This document shows, piece after piece, positions 58,019 through 64,000 of a DNA stretch of 64,000 bases. A program made the translations under genes and the position numbers. The notes below the pieces were generated by a model. The model saw only the letters and a list, made by a program, of their open reading frames with translations. It made no database searches and had not been told where the DNA came from. The stretch covers positions 5,108,310 through 5,172,309 of the forward strand of contig CAVNZM010000008.1 in the NCBI GenBank assembly GCA_963693365.1, written 5' to 3'. Positions within the stretch are counted from its first letter, which is position 1, and the number at the start of each line of letters is the position of its first letter. This DNA comes from Amoebidium appalachense (taxonomy: Eukaryota; Protista; Ichthyosporea).

Positions 58019-58191
58019 GGGGGAGGGGGGGGGGGGGGATACTCATCAGTGGCCTAAACGGAAGTAGTTCCTCCAACAAAAAAAAAAGTAGCGAATATAC
58101 GGCGACTTTGGTGGATGGAAAAGAGGCTCTGGTACGTGCATGGGCGGACGGGCGCGAGGAGAGGGGGGGGGGGGGGGGGGGGAGGGAGGGA

Positions 58192-58224
<33 letters not shown>

Positions 58225-58340
58225 ACCACCCCACTGCACCCACCCAGGTGGATCCCTCGTCCCCACCTCCCCCTCCCCCCCCCCCACTGCAACCCACCTA
58301 CCCCCCGGAGGGACCCTTGCAGTACTCGAATCCCCACCCC

Positions 58341-58378
<38 letters not shown>

Positions 58379-58380
58379 GT

Positions 58381-58483
<103 letters not shown>

Positions 58484-58768
58484 AGACACGTCAACAAAAC
58501 TATTCACCCACCGATTGGTGAATCACATGGCATCTCCATCACATGCACACACACACACATGATACACACGTGTAGGCAGGCACGCACTCACACAAAATCG
58601 CGCGCATGCACACACGGACATGTGCATATACACACACAACTTCTAGGCTTAAGACCGTCGCACAACTCAGTGAACTTATGTAGCACACTAAGGGCGGAGG
58701 AAAGATTGCGGTACTGGGGTCGATGGGGCCAAAAATCGTGCACCCCCGCCCGGGGAGGAGGGGGGGCG

Positions 58769-58807
<39 letters not shown>

Positions 58808-59067
58808 CACAGGAAATTTTTGCACCGGGAAATGTTTGCACTGCAGCTGAAGTTGATGTGATCATTGACTTATCAGTGTCAATGGGGTCTTTACTGGGTG
58901 TTTTCGTGCACGTTGGTCATGTTAGCATTTCAATATGAGTAACACGTTTCTAGTAGCTGTTTTTGTTGAGTTTCTAGCATTTTTTGGGGCAACCAAAGAA
59001 AGTCAGCTTCATGTCCCCCTAAACCCTCCGTTACGGCGTAACCGTACCCAAGGGGGGAGGGATAGGT

Positions 59068-59103
<36 letters not shown>

Positions 59104-59301
59104 GATTAAGTGCAAGCTGGAGTCGACGTTCGGCTCGACTCATATATAGTATAGAGCTGAAGTCCTACGGAGAAGCACATACTATGATATAACCACCTAA
59201 ACAGAGCAAAAGGTATTCAAGAAACCAGAAAAGAGACAGAACACCATTTCGAATTCGAAAAATTAGGTAGCCTTTTCATATACAGTCTAGAGACGATCTA
59301 A

Positions 59302-60947
59302 GGGCCTGTTTGGTAGCGCGCTAAATACGGTTTTTTATCGTATTCGTATTTAGGGCCTAAATACGTATACGATCCCGTGGCATGCCAAACACGCCGCGGG
59401 CTTTTATTTTTTGTAAATACGATAGGGATCGCTTTTATATCGTATTTACGAAAATCACCTCCGGAGGTGATTTTCGTAAATACGATATAGGAAATTAGCC
59501 AATCAGAGCATTTCGCATCATTTATTGGCTATCAGCTAGCCAATGGTACAGCGAAAGCCGCGGAGGGCACATTTTTACTACAGTACGCATGCCGGCGCAT
59601 GCACGTGAACAATTCACTGTTAAAAAGAAGGTCGGTGTCATACACGTCATTTTGTGTACATGCTCAGTTAAAATTGGCACATGAATTTGGGCTGCACAGG
59701 TAAGACAGAGGACGAGGAACCCTACACGGTGCATGATCACAAGCTCAGACTGTATATATATATATATATATGCCATAATAATCATTGAAACAATACTGGA
59801 CTCCGATATATGCATTAATAAAAACAATCAAATGTACATGTACAAACAACTCGGTGACATGCAGGCACCACGAGTACTGCATAGACGTGACAAATTTTAA
59901 CACTCACTATGTGTTCAGATATGTGGGGAATGCCAGGGACGAACGTTGGTGATGTAAAACGAGGTCTCTAGCAAGGCTAGCCACCGCAATTACTGGCAGT
60001 ATCCCTTCAATAACAGACATTCTAACCTATTGTTAAACAGAGCAAGGCTCACTGTCGGTGACTCGTTTTTGCCGTTCGCTGTAACACTGATCTACAGCTT
60101 GTGGTATATTATACCGGATATCTAGTATGGATGTACACAGGTTGAGATATACGCACACGTGTACATGTATATATACCACTGTGTTTGATCTTAGGTAGGC
60201 CAGTATGCATGTCCCCCCCAGTCTTGTGCGCATGAGCATGGAGTTAAACATATGTGCACGTGCAGCTTGCAGAATTATTCATGGGAAAACAGATATAATA
60301 GTCACATGGGACCGACACGTAGTAGAGGAACCATGAGCGTTAAGTTATAGTTTTATCATGGGAAAATATGCAAGTAGCCGTGAAGGTATGACTGTGGAAT
60401 GCATCGATAGTCAAGTACTGTCACCCGATTGGCTCACTAAGTTTATTGGAACCGTGATAGCCATGGGACAGAACCGTGAACCGTATGTGATTGGCTCATA
60501 GCCAAAAAAGCACATACCGATGCGCATGTCTGAGCCGCTGTGCGAGCTCCGATATAAGGGCATGTCGGGGGCTTCAGAGCTCACTCAGTGTGCTCGGCTT
60601 ACTAGGTGTAAGTAGGACTAGCACGTAACTAAGCAAAGCGTGGTCTAGTCAACCCCGTTCATTTATAAACATATTGTTTGTCACAGACACACGATCATAT
60701 TATACAACACAGCTGCACCAGCCTATATGCATGGAATACCGAAGGATGATCAATGGGTGCGAATAGGGCCAATCAGATCTCGTGAACATGTATCAATCGA
60801 CATTTTATGTGACCAGTCACGCCTGATAGCGTTTGGAAGGCACCAACCGCCCTAAATACGCATACCACGATAAATTTTGTAAATACGGTAGATCGTATTT
60901 AGGGCCTAAATACGAATACGATTATTGGGGTGCTGCCAAACAGGCCC
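59302..60947. mobile_element. Non-autonomous PIF/Harbinger DNA transposon (1646 bp)
   Basis: Terminal inverted repeats (TIRs) GGGCCTGTTTGG...CCAAACAGGCCC, TAA TSD (59299-59301, 60948-60950), many subterminal CGTATTTA/TAAATACG repeats, no transposase ORF. Confidence 0.9.
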
Positions 60948-60986
60948 TAATTAGTGCAAAAATTGCCGGTGCAAAAATTTTCGGTG

Positions 60987-61044
<58 letters not shown>

Positions 61045-62731
61045 CCCACTGGCCATGGTGTATCATAAAGACTTCAGATCGACGGAAAGGGGGTGTTGCA
61101 GGAGGGGGGGTGGGGCCGGGGAGAGGGATTCCAGGTGAGGAGGGGATGTTGCAGCCTGTGGACTGAGAGCTGAGGGGCGCTCAAGGGAGTCATCATGATG
61201 CGGGCGTGGGGGGCAGGAGTACATGCAAAGTTTACGGTGTGGGTGTGTGTGTGTGTGTGTGTGGTGGTGGTGGTGGTGGTGGTGGTGGTGGTGGGGGGGG
61301 GGGGGGGGGGGGGTAGGACAGAGGAAATTTACTGAGACATCATGCAGGCCTGCGAGAAATTAATGATGTATGTGCTCTGAGTTTCACCCTGATATTAATC
61401 CGGCAATGAAACATAGATGTCTAACATACCTTGTATGTCGCCGCAGGCCTAGGCAACGCGTACTATGGTCCAGCCTACGTTACTGAGCCAGCGGGTGCAA
61501 AGCCGTAATGTAGATGTGACGAGGGAACTGTACGTGACTGTGCGATGACAGGGCCCCAAATCCCGATTTGGAGACCTGCCACTTTTTATGTAGGTAAAAG
61601 TAAAAAAAAAATAAAAAAAATAGGTAAAAGCAGCTCACCTTTATTCTAGGTCCCGTCAGAGTTCGGGTAGTGGGTGAATTCCCGCGAGCCAGAACGCGCC
61701 AATTGCAGCAGACGATTAGCACTATATTCATTGCGGGTTGAATGCTGATCACGCATCCTCCCAGGCTGCCACATGAGCCAAGTGCGCCTTCCCAATTGTG
61801 TGCTCTTTGCTATATATGAAACTATGTGTTGTGCTATGTAAAAAAGTTCATGCATACGGAAGCAGGTGTATTTAGGTGGCCACTGCACACGCGTGCATCA
61901 TGTCGCCGAATGTGTGGTTATGGACTCTCTGACCAGCAGGTATACCAAAAATGCTCTACAACGATTACCCACTTAATAAAACGGATAGTACAACAGATTG
62001 AATATATTTTACACCCTTTATTGTGCATTTTCTTACTGTTTTTATAATCTTTAAAGCCTTTTGCATACTTGAAAGGGTTATCGTTTATTGCTATATTGCG
62101 CCCGTTTCATGCTTTCGCCGCGCTCCGATCGATTGGGTGCCTGTCAGGAGTGTCTCTGCCGTGAGCAGGGGATTCGCATTCCACAGATCGCGTCGGATGA
62201 CTCGTGTAATTGGCTGCAGATCTTTCGCGGCTCTCGGCGAACTTTGGCCCGGGCCCCGGATCCGCCGAACCGGCCAGGCGGGCCCTCATAGCGAACCTTC
62301 CCACGTGTTATACAACTTGTCACTATTAATACACATATATATTTATACTCGTCATAGTATAAAGAAACTCATCTAAATACTATACTTTCTATTAGTCGAC
62401 ACTCTCAAAGTAAAGATACATCATGATAAAACGAATTCCAAACATATCTAATGTGTCCAATCATAACAAGTATATTAATAGACAGGAAGGCACATCACGA
62501 TCTATAGATGTACTCACTCGCGTCTATAATTGGTGAGTCATCATGAACTAAAACTAAACTACTTTGAACTAAAACAAAGACAACGAATATAGCGAGCCAA
62601 TCACACTACTTCTCAGATAAACAGAGGAGAGCAAACATAGATAAAATACAATAAGTCATATCAGGCAAGGGAGCCAGGTGTGCACAGATCTACAGATATC
62701 CGTGCACACAGAAACAAGGGAGAGAGAGATA

Positions 62732-62804
<73 letters not shown>

Positions 62805-62917
62805 AGAAAAAGGGAGAGAAGGGGGAGAGCACAAAGAAGGAGAGCACAAAGGAGAAAACAAGACACGAATACAAACAAAGCTAAGACACATACACATACT
62901 TCAAGGCTCTTGCTGTA

Positions 62918-63278
62918 CAGTCGCGCCTCAGTTATATCAACCCTTCGCCGGCGGCCCTAGGGTTGCTACAATCAAGGGTTGATATAACCGAGAGATCGCC
63001 TGATCGGGCGATCTGGGGCTAATCGGGCGATCTGAGCCTTAATCGTGCGATCTGCGATCTATTATATTACATGGGCTCCAGATCTTGCCATTTCAATAGG
63101 CTACACCGCCCCGTTTTAGCCCACCGGCAGCTCAGTCACCTTTTCTTCGTGTAATTCTTGTTACTTTTTGTTTGCTTGTCAACACGCAAAGTCCAGACCT
63201 TCTGATACGAGACTTAAATCTATGTAGCATCTGATTGGTCCAGCCCGCACCCATTGGCATGTGCAGCCAGACTTAGGG

Positions 63279-63317
<39 letters not shown>

Positions 63318-63365
63318 ACGGCGCCGGCCAGGATCGAACCCGGGGCGGGCGGGCGGGCGGGCGGG

Positions 63366-63405
<40 letters not shown>

Positions 63406-63467
63406 GTGGGGGTTGCTACAATCAAGGGTTGATATACCATGGGGTTGATATAACTGAGGCGCGCCTG
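62918..63467. mobile_element. Tc1/mariner (pogo/Tigger-like) MITE, 550 bp
   Basis: TA TSD (62916-62917, 63468-63469); 26-bp TIR CAGTCGCGCCTCAGTTATATCAACCC / GGGTTGATATAACTGAGGCGCGCCTG with one mismatch. Confidence 0.9.
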
Positions 63468-64000
63468 TACTACGTAGTGACGTAATCCAACACATGATGA
63501 CCCCCTTCCCCATGTTTATGTTTGGTTATCCGCAGCCCAATGTTGGGGCAGCAGGTACCAACACTCAGCCCACAGATAACAAGGTGGATAAGGAGAGAAA
63601 GACCCGTTCATCTCGCAAGCGTAAGTCCTCTGGCCGGCGTGCACGTACGCCTGTGTCTGAGGAGGACTGCATGGCACCAGCAAAGAAGGTGAAGTCTGCA
63701 CGTGATTTGCTCCTTGCTTTGATGCCGGAGCATGATATGGCATGGCGTAAACCGTTGGTTGTGCATCCCTCTCGGCACTATGCGCCTCTGATCACTGCAG
63801 ATAAGGTGCCCCAGTTTAAGGGTGATATGAGTGATACGCGCACGGTGGTTGAGTGGCTCTCTGAGCTTGCAAGCTTGTTTTTAAGAGTGGCTGGTGTGCC
63901 TGTGTATGATCCTGTGCCTTTATTTGTCTCGTGCTTTCCTCCGCAAGCCCCGCACGCAATTGGTTTTCCAAATTTTGCCGCACACACCTTAATGCCACGT

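Overview
Eukaryotic DNA rich in introns and microsatellites ((CA)n, (GA)n, long poly-G/poly-C). Most ORFs in the supplied track are repeat artefacts. All recognisable genes are on the minus strand: (1) an apparently intronless C2H2 zinc-finger gene split by a frameshift (3.7-5.2 kb); (2) a ~27 kb, ~30-exon KDM3/JMJD1-type JmjC histone demethylase (8.6-35.9 kb) with N-terminal Tudor-like domains, an AT-hook and the KDM3 zinc finger, assembled by hand exon by exon; (3) a family of intronless secreted precursors (signal peptide, several dibasic sites, two 6-Cys modules), present as two intact tandem copies with divergent C-terminal modules and one pseudogene, inside nested segmental duplications that also carry a decayed partial KDM3 copy. 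Mobile DNA includes an L1/Tx1-derived element that ends in poly(C) instead of poly(A) (two young copies and ~10 old fragments, all in one orientation), a PIF/Harbinger non-autonomous element, a pogo/mariner MITE, a tRNA-derived SINE, a foldback-like element and an unclassified ~150-200 bp hairpin element with target-site duplications (TSDs). Several frame breaks and odd splice sites may be assembly indel errors. The organism cannot be identified from this window.
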